Source: Desulfurococcales archaeon
GTDB taxonomy: Archaea; Thermoproteota; Thermoprotei_A; Sulfolobales; NBVN01
DNA: 64,000 nucleotides
Direction of reading: 5' to 3'
Assembly (NCBI GenBank): GCA_015521325.1
Contig: WAOK01000001.1
Span: forward strand, 9,782 to 73,781
In this document: positions 7,049 to 15,743 of the stretch, one piece after another
Numbering within the stretch: the stretch's first letter is position 1
How the letters are laid out: each line of letters opens with the position of its first letter
The notes under the pieces: generated by a model
The model's database searches: none
The model's input: only the letters and a program-made list of their open reading frames with translations
What the model was told of the DNA's origin: nothing
Position numbers and translations under genes: made by a program

Positions 7049-8896
7049 ATGGTGAGGGTAGCGGTAGTCGATCACGACCTCTGCAAGCCCCATAGATGCG
7101 CTAAGGAGTGCGTGAGGTTCTGCCCAGTGAACAGGGCAAAGAGGAACAGGGCCATGGGCCTGTACGCCATATACCTCTCGGAGGAGCACGGTGGTAAGGC
7201 AATAATCAATGAGTCCCTCTGCGTCGGCTGCGGCATCTGTGTTAAGAAATGCCCCTTCAACGCCATATACGTCGTTAATCTTCCGGACGAACTCGAGAAG
7301 ATGGTCGTGCACAGATACGGGGTCAACGCCTTCAAGCTCTACGGTCTTCCCCTACCCGGCCGTGACTACGTCCTCGGCATAATAGGGAAGAACGGTACCG
7401 GAAAGACCACCTCAGTCAGGATACTGGCGGGCGAGATAGTCCCTAACCTGGGCAGGGTCGGTGAGAAGGTTACGTGGGATGATGTGCTCAGGCACTTCAG
7501 GGGGACGGAGTTCTATAACTACTTCAAGGGAATAGTGGACAAGAAGTACAGAGTCGTTCACAAGATACAGAACATCGACATAATACGGAGGAGGGTTAAG
7601 GGGACTGTCGATCAGGTACTCCAGAGGATCGATGAAAGGGGTATGCTGAACGAGGTTAGGAAGTACGTGGACCTCGACAGCGCGTGGGGCAAGAAGATCT
7701 CTCACCTCAGCGGCGGCGAGCTACAGAAGCTCGCCATAGCCGCGGCCCTGCTCAGGCAGGCGGACATATACTTCTTCGACGAGCCCTCAAGCTATCTCGA
7801 TGTGAGGGAGAGGCTCGCCATAGCTAGGGCAATAAGGGAGCTCCCGCCGAAGAACGCGTATGTCGTCGTCGTGGAGCATGACCTCGCTATGCTTGACTAC
7901 ACATCCGATAAGGTGGCGATCGTCTACGGTGAGCCGGGCGTGTACGGCATATTTTCTAAGCCGTACGCGGTTGGGGCCGGGATAAACCACTACCTCCTAG
8001 GGTACCTACCTGCCGAGAACATGGTGATTAGGAAGGAGAAGATAGTGTTCCGAGTCCATGCGGAGGCGCCGGAGAGGGAGCTGGAGACAAAGATCATCTA
8101 CCTTACATGGAGTGACTTAAGAAAGAGGCTCAATGGCTTCGAGCTTAGCGTGGAAGGAGGTGAGGTCTACCAGGGCGAAGTAATAGGTATCCTGGGCCCC
8201 AACGCCATAGGTAAGACAACGTTCATACGCATGCTCGCAGGCGAGCTCAAGCCCGATGAGGGGGAGGTACCGACCGAGGCCTACAGAATAAGCTACAAGC
8301 CACAGTACATATCCCCCAAGAACTACCCCTGGACCACTGTCGAGGAAGCGCTCAACGAGATCACGAAGGAGGGCATAGCGGCGACAGACTGGTTCAGGGT
8401 GGACGTGATAAGGAGACTGCGGCTCCATAAGCTGGGCGACAGGGAGATCGCCCAGCTGAGTGGTGGAGAGCTACAGAAGTTCGCCATAGCTGTGGCCCTC
8501 GCCGCTGACGCGGACATATACCTCCTCGACGAGCCCTCCGCCTACATAGACGTGGAGGACAGGTTCACCGTGATGAGGGCGATAAAGAGGGTTGCGACGG
8601 TGAGGAAGGTGGCTATGTTCGTCGTTGACCACGACCTAAACGTCATCGACTACGTAGCGAACAGGGTAATGGTGTTTAGGGGCGTCCCTGGGAGGGAAGG
8701 GCACGCCTTGGCACCCACTGACCTAAGGACAGGCATGAACACCTTCCTCAAGGACGTGGGGGTCACGTTCCGCAGGGACCTCAAGACAGGGAGGCCCAGA
8801 GTTAATCGTCCGGGCTCCTACCTCGACAGGAAGCAGAAAGCGATCGGGGAGTACTACTACGTCCCGAGGGCTGAGGAAGTTGCTGAGGAGGAGTGA
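7049..8896 (+). CDS. abce1: ABCE1 / RNase L inhibitor-type ribosome recycling ATPase
   Basis: N-terminal double 4Fe-4S motifs (CKPHRCAKECVRFCP, CVGCGICVKKCP) followed by two ABC cassettes (GKNGTGKTT..LSGGELQ; GPNAIGKTT..LSGGELQ). Confidence 0.95.
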   Translation: MVRVAVVDHDLCKPHRCAKECVRFCPVNRAKRNRAMGLYAIYLSEEHGGKAIINESLCVGCGICVKKCPFNAIYVVNLPDELEKMVVHRYGVNAFKLYGLPLPGRDYVLGIIGKNGTGKTTSVRILAGEIVPNLGRVGEKVTWDDVLRHFRGTEFYNYFKGIVDKKYRVVHKIQNIDIIRRRVKGTVDQVLQRIDERGMLNEVRKYVDLDSAWGKKISHLSGGELQKLAIAAALLRQADIYFFDEPSSYLDVRERLAIARAIRELPPKNAYVVVVEHDLAMLDYTSDKVAIVYGEPGVYGIFSKPYAVGAGINHYLLGYLPAENMVIRKEKIVFRVHAEAPERELETKIIYLTWSDLRKRLNGFELSVEGGEVYQGEVIGILGPNAIGKTTFIRMLAGELKPDEGEVPTEAYRISYKPQYISPKNYPWTTVEEALNEITKEGIAATDWFRVDVIRRLRLHKLGDREIAQLSGGELQKFAIAVALAADADIYLLDEPSAYIDVEDRFTVMRAIKRVATVRKVAMFVVDHDLNVIDYVANRVMVFRGVPGREGHALAPTDLRTGMNTFLKDVGVTFRRDLKTGRPRVNRPGSYLDRKQKAIGEYYYVPRAEEVAEEE

Positions 8897-8941
8897 GCCC
8901 GCGCCCGGTTAACTAATTAATGTCCCTAGACCTACCACTAC

Positions 8942-10123
8942 ATGGTGATTCTGATGGCGGAAGGCAAGCTCATAACATTGTCCGTGATAAAGGCTGATAT
9001 CGGGTCGCTGGCGGGCCACCACATAGTTCATCCGGACACAATAGCGGCCGCAACCAAGGTGCTGGCTGAGGCGAAGAGGAAGGGCCTAATAATAGACTTC
9101 TACGTCACTAACGCAGGCGACGACCTAGAACTCATCATGACCCACACCAAGGGCGTCGACAGCCCCGATATCCACGGCCTCGCGTGGGACGCGTTCAAGG
9201 AGGCCGCTAAGGTGGCGAAGGAGCTCGGTCTCTACGCGGCTGGGCAGGACCTCCTAGTTGACGCCTTCTCCGGGAACGTAAGGGGGCTGGGCCCCGGGGT
9301 CGCCGAGATGGAATTCGTTGAGAGGCCCGCCGAGCCCGTCGCCATATTCATGGCTGACAAGACCGAGCCAGGAGCGTTCAACCTGCCGATGTACAAGATA
9401 TTCGCCGACCCGTTCAACACTGCCGGCCTAGTGATTGACCCGAGGATGCATGAAGGCTTCATCTTCGAGATATACGACGTCTTCGAGGGCAAGTACGTGA
9501 AGCTCTCGGCGCCAGAGGAGATCTACGACATACTAGCGATCATCGGCACACCAGGGCGCTTCATTGTGAGGAGGGTCTACAGAAAGGCCGACGGCGAGAT
9601 AGGCGCGGTCGTGAGCGTAGAGAGGCTGAACCTCATAGCAGGGAAGTACGTCGGTAAGGATGACCCAGTAGCCATTGTGAGGGCGCAGTCAGGGTTCCCA
9701 GCAATGGGTGAGATACTCGAGGCATTCGCGTTCCCGCACCTCGTGGCCGGCTGGATGAGGGGCTCTCACCACGGCCCACTAATGCCTGTCCCGCTAAGGT
9801 ACTCCAAGTGCACCAGGTTCGACGGCCCCCCCAGAGTAATAGGCCTGGGCTTCAACATCAAGAACGGTCGCCTAGTAGGACCCTCTGACCTGTTCGACGA
9901 CGTCGCCTTTGATGAGACCAGGAGGCTGGCGCAGACGGTGGCGGAGTATATGAGGAGGCACGGCCCGTTCATGCCTCACCGCCTGGGCCCGGAGGAGATG
10001 GAGTACACCACCCTCCCGCAGGTTCTGGAGAAGCTCAAGGACAGGTTTAAGATCGAGGAGAAGGCGGTCAAGGCGAAGAAGCCGCAAATCAGGTCGGAGC
10101 TCCTCGAGGAGACACACGACTGA
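8942..10123 (+). CDS. fbp: fructose-1,6-bisphosphate aldolase/phosphatase (class V FBPase)
   Basis: KLITLSVIKADIGSLAGHH N-terminus, ~390 aa, ...GWMRGSHHGPLMPV... Typical archaeal bifunctional FBPA/P. Start may be 8954. Confidence 0.9.
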   Translation: MVILMAEGKLITLSVIKADIGSLAGHHIVHPDTIAAATKVLAEAKRKGLIIDFYVTNAGDDLELIMTHTKGVDSPDIHGLAWDAFKEAAKVAKELGLYAAGQDLLVDAFSGNVRGLGPGVAEMEFVERPAEPVAIFMADKTEPGAFNLPMYKIFADPFNTAGLVIDPRMHEGFIFEIYDVFEGKYVKLSAPEEIYDILAIIGTPGRFIVRRVYRKADGEIGAVVSVERLNLIAGKYVGKDDPVAIVRAQSGFPAMGEILEAFAFPHLVAGWMRGSHHGPLMPVPLRYSKCTRFDGPPRVIGLGFNIKNGRLVGPSDLFDDVAFDETRRLAQTVAEYMRRHGPFMPHRLGPEEMEYTTLPQVLEKLKDRFKIEEKAVKAKKPQIRSELLEETHD

Positions 10124-10130
10124 GTTTTTA
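10124..10130 (+). terminator. oligo-T tract directly after fbp stop (TGAGTTTTTAC)
   Basis: T5 at 10125-10129. Archaeal terminators are oligo-T runs. Confidence 0.4.
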
Positions 10131-10195
10131 CTCGTAACAAAAATCGGCGGGCCTTTCTCAGGCCACGTTATTACTCCTCCAGCTAGACCTAATCG

Positions 10196-10894
10196 GTGAG
10201 CCTGATGAAGGCATATATAGTCATAAATTTCAAGGCGTACCCAACCTCCTACGGCGTTAAGGCCTTAGAGATAGCCGAGGCCACCGAGGAAGTAGCCAAG
10301 AAGTACGGGGACGTAAGGATAATCCTGGCGGTTCCCGCAACAGAGCTCAGGTCACTGGCATCAACTTTTAAGGTAGATATATTCGCACAGCATGCTGACC
10401 CAGTACCTCTGGGAGCGAGGACGGGGCACACACCCCCGGAGATAATAGCGGATACAGGGGCCAGGGGCTACCTGATAAACCACAGCGAGAAGAGGTTGAG
10501 GCTAGACCAGATAAACTATCTAGTAAGGAGGGGAAGAGAGCTCGGCCTAGAGACCATAGTCTGTGCAGACACCCCAGAGACGTCAGCAGCGGCAGCTGCT
10601 CTAAGGCCCGACGCCATAGCGGTCGAGCCACCGGAGCTCATAGGCACAGGGATAGCGGTCTCGAAAGCTAAGCCTGAGATCATTACCGGGACCGTGGAGG
10701 CCGTGAGGAAGGTTAACAGAGACGTGGTCATATTGACGGGTGCGGGGATAAGTAACCCAGAGGACGTAGAGGCGGCCATAAGGCTCGGCACGGCAGGGGT
10801 ACTCGTGGCATCCGCTGTGATGAAGGCAGAGAATCCGAAGGCTAAGATAGAGGGGATGGCGCAGGCAGCCGTGAGGGCTCTGAAAGCAAGCTAA
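10196..10894 (+). CDS. tpiA: triosephosphate isomerase (archaeal short type)
   Basis: VINFKAY, LINHSEKR, AVEPPELIGTG, GAGIS motifs. ~225 aa. Confidence 0.9.
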   Translation: MSLMKAYIVINFKAYPTSYGVKALEIAEATEEVAKKYGDVRIILAVPATELRSLASTFKVDIFAQHADPVPLGARTGHTPPEIIADTGARGYLINHSEKRLRLDQINYLVRRGRELGLETIVCADTPETSAAAAALRPDAIAVEPPELIGTGIAVSKAKPEIITGTVEAVRKVNRDVVILTGAGISNPEDVEAAIRLGTAGVLVASAVMKAENPKAKIEGMAQAAVRALKAS

Positions 10895-10924
10895 AAACCC
10901 GCACTAGACCATAACATCGAGGGC

Positions 10925-11002
10925 GGGCCCGTGGCCTAGCCAGGATAAGGCGCCGGCCTGCGGAGCCGGAGATCCCGGGTTCAAATCCCGGCGGGCCCGC
11001 CA
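10925..11002 (+). tRNA. tRNA-Arg (anticodon GCG), CCA encoded
   Basis: Hand-folded: acceptor GGGCCCG/CGGGCCC, D stem GCCT/AGGC, anticodon stem CCGGC/GCCGG, loop CTGCGGA (GCG at 10960-10962), T arm CCGGG-TTCAAAT-CCCGG. Confidence 0.9.
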
Positions 11003-11026
11003 CAACGTATCTGCCCTACCTACGGG

Positions 11027-11750
11027 CTAAGGCAAAACTAACCGCTTTTGATACACGGACTTGGGAGGCCGCTCGTTCAGGTGACCCTTGTATCCTGTAT
11101 CACGTTTTTCGGTGAAGTACCGTAGTCCAAGCGTATTACTTATTGAGTGAACAATGATAGGTAGCGAGAGAGTTCGTAACAGCCCTAAAGTAACCAGCAA
11201 CCAAATCCTAGGGCAAATAAGGAACAGAGTATAAACGCCAGACAATTCTTTGACGAATCCTTATACGGTACGGCATGTATCAGGGAGAATAATACCGCTG
11301 GTACAATCACAGAAGCGGTCATACCGACACCATTAATCAATAGGTAACCCTCCACAAGCCCTCTAAAGAGTATCTCCTCACCGATAGGACCAGCTAGGAA
11401 CGCTAGGACAACGAATTCTAACGTACTCCCAAGCTGTAGCGGGGGATTACACCGTCTGATAGCTTGGTACTGATCAGGTAGAAAGCGCCGCAAGTAGCAT
11501 AGCGAATGCTAGAGCCTTCGCTAAGTTGAGGCAGCGGAACGACAGCGTGCCTATGAGGGTCAAGTCTCTAACAACTACTAGGGCGAGGACAAGGGTTACG
11601 GCAATAATCGTTACCTGCGTAGACAGGGCCAGAACCACCTCTGACCTTATTTCTTAACTGCCTCGCTGGTGCGTTGGTCACTATGCTTGAGATTATCAAT
11701 ACTAGAAATGATAAACCAGTAGTTATAGCTACAGCAGCCACTATTTCCAC
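11027..11750 (-). pseudogene. CPBP (CAAX/Abi-type) intramembrane glutamic protease, apparently disrupted into three frames
   Basis: ORF 11185..11493 carries motif 1 GEEILFRG and motif 2 FSLIH. Motif 3 (HSISN, HxxxN) lies in a different frame in ORF 11027..11245. An N-terminal TM piece is in ORF 11568..11750. Hand-counted GC of single 60-nt lines is 40-45% here. Confidence 0.5.
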
Positions 11751-11923
11751 CTAGTGAGCTCGAAGCCTCTTAGCGTTATCTCGAATTAAAAAGTATGTCC
11801 CAGGCCCAATCTAATGTGTGGTGTACAAGCTATAGCTTTTTAATCTACGTGAGACTCGCGGCATCGATAGCGTCATTGCCATAACATTAATAGCAGTAGT
11901 TCTCAATAGAACACTATTGAAGT

Positions 11924-12355
11924 ATGTGGGTGGGTTCGTTGCCATCTAAGAGATTAGTTATCGTTGACCCCAACAAGTGTGTTGGTTGCCAGCTCTGTGT
12001 GCTCGCCTGCAGCCAGAGGTTCGGTGTGGCAGGCTTCAACAAGTCTGCCATAGCGGTGAGGTCCGCGGGCGGAATAGAGAGAGGCTTCGTGGTGATCGTG
12101 TGCAGGGCATGCGAGGACCCGCCGTGCGCTAGGGCATGCCCTGTGGATGCCCTTATCAAGCGGAGGGGCGGCGGCGTGATACTGAACCCGAGTAAGTGTA
12201 TCGGGTGCGGGATGTGTGTCGAGGCCTGCGATATAGGGGCGGTGCTATGGGATAATGAGTGGATGAAGCCGACGATATGCACTCACTGCGGTTACTGCGT
12301 AGAGCACTGCCCGCACGGAGTACTCGCTCTGGAGGAGGTGGGTAACGATGGCTGA
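11924..12355 (+). CDS. 4Fe-4S polyferredoxin-type electron-transfer subunit of the AOR operon
   Basis: CVGCQLCVLAC, CRACEDPPCARACP, CIGCGMCVEAC, CTHCGYCVEHCP cluster motifs. 8-nt overlap with the aor start. Confidence 0.8.
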   Translation: MWVGSLPSKRLVIVDPNKCVGCQLCVLACSQRFGVAGFNKSAIAVRSAGGIERGFVVIVCRACEDPPCARACPVDALIKRRGGGVILNPSKCIGCGMCVEACDIGAVLWDNEWMKPTICTHCGYCVEHCPHGVLALEEVGNDG

Positions 12356-14138
12356 GCCGGACACGAGTTATTGGGTCTCAACCCTCTCAAGGGTGCTCTA
12401 CATCGACTTGACGAAGAAGATATTCTGGGTTGAGAACAGGGAGGATCTTTTCAGCAAGTGGCTAGGCGGCATCGGTGTGGCGACGCAGCTATACAAGGAA
12501 GAGGTGCCTAAGGATGCCGATCCCTTGAGCCCCCAGAACGTAGTCATATTCGCCATAGGACCGTTTACGGCGACGTTCCCATTCGGTTCAAAGACCGTGG
12601 CGGTGTTCAAGTCCCCGCTCAACGGGTACTTCGCCGAGTCCCACGCTGGCGGTAGGAGCGCCGCAGCCATGAGGGCGGCTGGGTACGGTGCGATAGTGAT
12701 TAGGGGTGCGTCAGACAGGCCGATATACCTGGTCATTGACGAGGAGAAGGTGAGATTCAGGGATGCGGCGATCCTGTGGGGCATGAGGTCGATAGTCACG
12801 GTCGGAAGGATCCTGAGGGAAGTGACCCCGAACCCCGGTAGGAGGGCTATCATGAGGATAGGCAGGGCGGGAGAGCAGTTGGTAAGGTACGCGAACGTCA
12901 CGACCGAGACCTTCAGGCACTTCGGCAGAATGGGCCTCGGCGCAGTATTCGGCTCAAAGAAGCTGAAGGCCGTCGTCATAACCGGGAATAAGGGTTACAA
13001 GGTACCCCATATAGCGGAGTACCGTAAGGTCTACAGGGAGATCCTTGACCTAGCCACTAAGTCGGAGCTGATGAAGAAGTACCACGACCTCGGCACACCA
13101 GCCAATATAATACCTCTTAATAAGATAGGTGCTCTCCCAACGAAGAACTTCAGTTCCGGAAGCTTTGAGCAGGCAGAGGAGATCAGTGGCGAGAAGATAG
13201 CCGAGACAATGCTCGCTAGGAGGGTGGCTTGTGCGGCATGCCCGACGGCGTGCATACATATAGCGGCTCTCAGGGAGGAGTACGAGGACGAGAAGTACTT
13301 CTATAAGATAGACTTCCTCTCATACGACTACGAACTCATATACGCCCTAGGCACGAACCTCGGCATAGGTGATAGGGAGGGCCTCCTGAAGCTGATAAGG
13401 GCGGTGGAGGTCGAGGGTCTCGACGCAATATCCACGGGAGTAGTGCTGGCGTGGGCGACCGAGGCCTACGAGAAGGGCCTCGTGAGTAAGGAGGATACGA
13501 TAGTGGAGCTGAGGTGGGGTGACTGGGAGTCCTACATAAAGGCAGTCCACTATATCGTGAGCCAGCCGAACGAGTTCTACAAGCACTTAGCGATGGGTGT
13601 TGAGGAGGCGGCCAGGAAGTACGGCGGCGAGGACTTCGCCATAGCGTTCAACAAGGTCGAGCCAGCGGGTTATCACACAGGCCCCCTATACGTCATAGGG
13701 CTCATAACCGGTTCGAGGCACTCGCACCTCGATGCCGGAGGTTACTCGATGGATCAGAAGATCCTTAAGGCAGGGAAGGAGATCCCGCCGCCTGAGAAAG
13801 CCATGGAGATGGTCGCCGAGGAGGAGGCGTGGAGGCAGATCTTGGCCTCGCTCGTGATATGTTACTTCGCTAGGGGCATATACAAGCCTCCGCTGGTCGC
13901 GAAGGCCCTCAGGAGCCTCGGCTACGGAATGACCGAGGAGGACATAGTGAAGCTAGGGAAGAGAATATACTGCGAGAAACAGGCCATAAAGATAAGGGAA
14001 GGTTACGATCCGAGCAAGGTGCGCATACCCAAGAGGATAACCGAGACACCGACGCCGCTCGGCAAGATCGATGAGGAATACGTGCGTAAGGCGGTCTCAA
14101 GGGTTCGTGACGTAATAATAAAGTTCTTGGGAGAGTGA
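12348..14138 (+). CDS. aor: aldehyde:ferredoxin oxidoreductase family tungstopterin enzyme
   Basis: 596 aa. N-terminal YIDLT...GGIGVATQLY, ...ESHAGG..., ...CAACPTAC..., EPAGYHTG pattern of the AOR family. Confidence 0.9.
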   Translation: MAEPDTSYWVSTLSRVLYIDLTKKIFWVENREDLFSKWLGGIGVATQLYKEEVPKDADPLSPQNVVIFAIGPFTATFPFGSKTVAVFKSPLNGYFAESHAGGRSAAAMRAAGYGAIVIRGASDRPIYLVIDEEKVRFRDAAILWGMRSIVTVGRILREVTPNPGRRAIMRIGRAGEQLVRYANVTTETFRHFGRMGLGAVFGSKKLKAVVITGNKGYKVPHIAEYRKVYREILDLATKSELMKKYHDLGTPANIIPLNKIGALPTKNFSSGSFEQAEEISGEKIAETMLARRVACAACPTACIHIAALREEYEDEKYFYKIDFLSYDYELIYALGTNLGIGDREGLLKLIRAVEVEGLDAISTGVVLAWATEAYEKGLVSKEDTIVELRWGDWESYIKAVHYIVSQPNEFYKHLAMGVEEAARKYGGEDFAIAFNKVEPAGYHTGPLYVIGLITGSRHSHLDAGGYSMDQKILKAGKEIPPPEKAMEMVAEEEAWRQILASLVICYFARGIYKPPLVAKALRSLGYGMTEEDIVKLGKRIYCEKQAIKIREGYDPSKVRIPKRITETPTPLGKIDEEYVRKAVSRVRDVIIKFLGE

Positions 14139-14145
14139 GTTTTTA
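14139..14145 (+). terminator. oligo-T tract directly after aor stop (TGAGTTTTTAC)
   Basis: T5 at 14140-14144. Confidence 0.35.
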
Positions 14146-14207
14146 CCCTTAAACAGGGTTAAAGGTTATCATGCCCTAACACCACAGCATTAATAGGTGG
14201 ACAATGT

Positions 14208-14477
14208 TTGCGAGTCCGCGTAATGTTCCTGGCCAGAGCAGGCGATATCGTCGGACCGGGTAAGAGAGTAGTCGAGCTAGAGCTACCGGAAAACGCCACC
14301 TTAAGGGATCTCCTCTTGACTATTAGGGAGAGGGTGAGCAGAAGGCTCGGCGAGGGAGTACTCAGCGGGCGCCTGATATTCACCATATCTGTTAACGGGG
14401 TTGAAGTAGCTGATCTGAACCACAGGCTAAGCGACGGCGACCACGTAGTCTTCACTACTCCCGAGATGGGTGGCTGA
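14208..14477 (+). CDS. MoaD/ThiS-family small protein ending in Gly-Gly, downstream of aor
   Basis: 89 aa, MRVRVMFLARAGDIVG...VNGVEVA...DGDHVVFTTPEMGG-stop. T6 run at 14482-14487 follows. Confidence 0.7.
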   Translation: MRVRVMFLARAGDIVGPGKRVVELELPENATLRDLLLTIRERVSRRLGEGVLSGRLIFTISVNGVEVADLNHRLSDGDHVVFTTPEMGG

Positions 14478-14518
14478 CCAGTTTTTTCCCTTGTCCCGGA
14501 ACCGTAATAGGGTAGGTA

Positions 14519-15688
14519 GTGGCGGTCGGCGAGCTCTGGTGGATGGTTGAGATAGCGACGCTGATAGCGCTAGCCAGGATGGCTGAGGTGATCTTCTCTA
14601 AGGTCGGGCTACCGAAGGTAATGGGTTACATCTTAGTAGGGATGGCGATACCCCTTATGAACTACGAGCTCACCGAGATAACATCGTCGCTCGCTGTCCT
14701 CGGCATAGTGGTCTACCTCTTCTACCTAGGGCTTGAGGGCTCACTGAGGGGCTTCATCAGGGGTTTGAGGGATGCTGGCCTAATAGCGCTCGGAGGAGTA
14801 GCAGGATCCGTTGCGCTGCCCATAATGGCCCTCATACCCCTCGGAGTAGGCCTAAAGGAGGCATTCGCCTTGGGCGTGGCCCTCTCCGCAACCTCGGTGA
14901 CGCTCACCTTGAAGACCTTGGGGGACATGGGATACGAAGGCAGCAGAGTCGGACAAGCGATAACTGGCGCGGCCGTGGTTGACGATGTTCTCGGCCTCGC
15001 CCTACTAAGCACTGTGTACTCACTTGAGGCAAGAGAGTTTCCCGCGATGACACTAATAGAGATCGTTGCCGGTGCGTTCGGGTTTTGGCTAGCAGTCTCC
15101 TATTCTCTCGAGAGGCTCGGGAAGTCGATGATAAAGCTCGCCTTAAAGACGCCTATGGAGGAGCCCCTACTATCGGTCATCTTCGTAGTCCTCCTCGTCC
15201 TGTCGTACATAGCCGCTCAGCTCCAGTTCAGCGCCATCCTTCTGGCCTATGCGGTGGGCCTCGGTTTCTCGAGGTACAGGTATGAGGCTAGGTACGTGAG
15301 CAACAGAATGCTCACACTCATAGCTCTCTTTACTCCACTGTTCTTCATAAAGGCCGGCTCCCTCGTCGATATACGAATAATCCTCAACGCCTTCACCCCA
15401 TCCCTACTTACTGTTCTTGTGACAGTTGTTACAATAGGCATACTCTCAAAGATCGTTGGATGCACCTTAACAGCGCTGGTTCTCGGCTTCTCTAGAGCTG
15501 AGGCACTCCTCGTCGGTATTGGGATGACTCCCAGGGCCGAGGTGATGCTTACAGCAGCGCTGGCCGGGAGGGAGCTCGGCTTACTGAGTGACGAGATATA
15601 TCTCGGCCTTCTGCTACTGGTTCCCATTACCTCGATAATCGTGCCCCCACTTATGAGCGCAATACTCGGGAGAGTGAGGCTTCGCTGA
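14519..15688 (+). CDS. cation:proton antiporter (CPA2 / Na+/H+ exchanger family)
   Basis: 389 aa polytopic membrane protein. N-terminal ...LIALARMAEVIFSKVGLPKVMGYILVGMAI is typical of the Na_H_exchanger family. Confidence 0.7.
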   Translation: MAVGELWWMVEIATLIALARMAEVIFSKVGLPKVMGYILVGMAIPLMNYELTEITSSLAVLGIVVYLFYLGLEGSLRGFIRGLRDAGLIALGGVAGSVALPIMALIPLGVGLKEAFALGVALSATSVTLTLKTLGDMGYEGSRVGQAITGAAVVDDVLGLALLSTVYSLEAREFPAMTLIEIVAGAFGFWLAVSYSLERLGKSMIKLALKTPMEEPLLSVIFVVLLVLSYIAAQLQFSAILLAYAVGLGFSRYRYEARYVSNRMLTLIALFTPLFFIKAGSLVDIRIILNAFTPSLLTVLVTVVTIGILSKIVGCTLTALVLGFSRAEALLVGIGMTPRAEVMLTAALAGRELGLLSDEIYLGLLLLVPITSIIVPPLMSAILGRVRLR

Positions 15689-15743
15689 GGATGTGCCTAA
15701 CTCCGTTTAAATATGTGGTTAGTTCTCACACAGACTGGGAAGG

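Noticed and set aside
10925-11930. Possible integrated element bounded by a direct repeat of the tRNA-Arg 3' end (att site)
   Set aside because: I looked for a second copy of the tRNA 3' segment (aaatcccggcgggcccgcc) downstream as far as the ferredoxin gene and found none, and there is no integrase gene. Only the decayed CPBP gene and the lower GC remain as evidence.
10121-14146. Identical 11-mer TGAGTTTTTAC at the ends of fbp (10121-10131) and aor (14136-14146), considered as a dispersed repeat
   Set aside because: It is simply a TGA stop followed by an oligo-T terminator. The match is too short to indicate a mobile or structured element.
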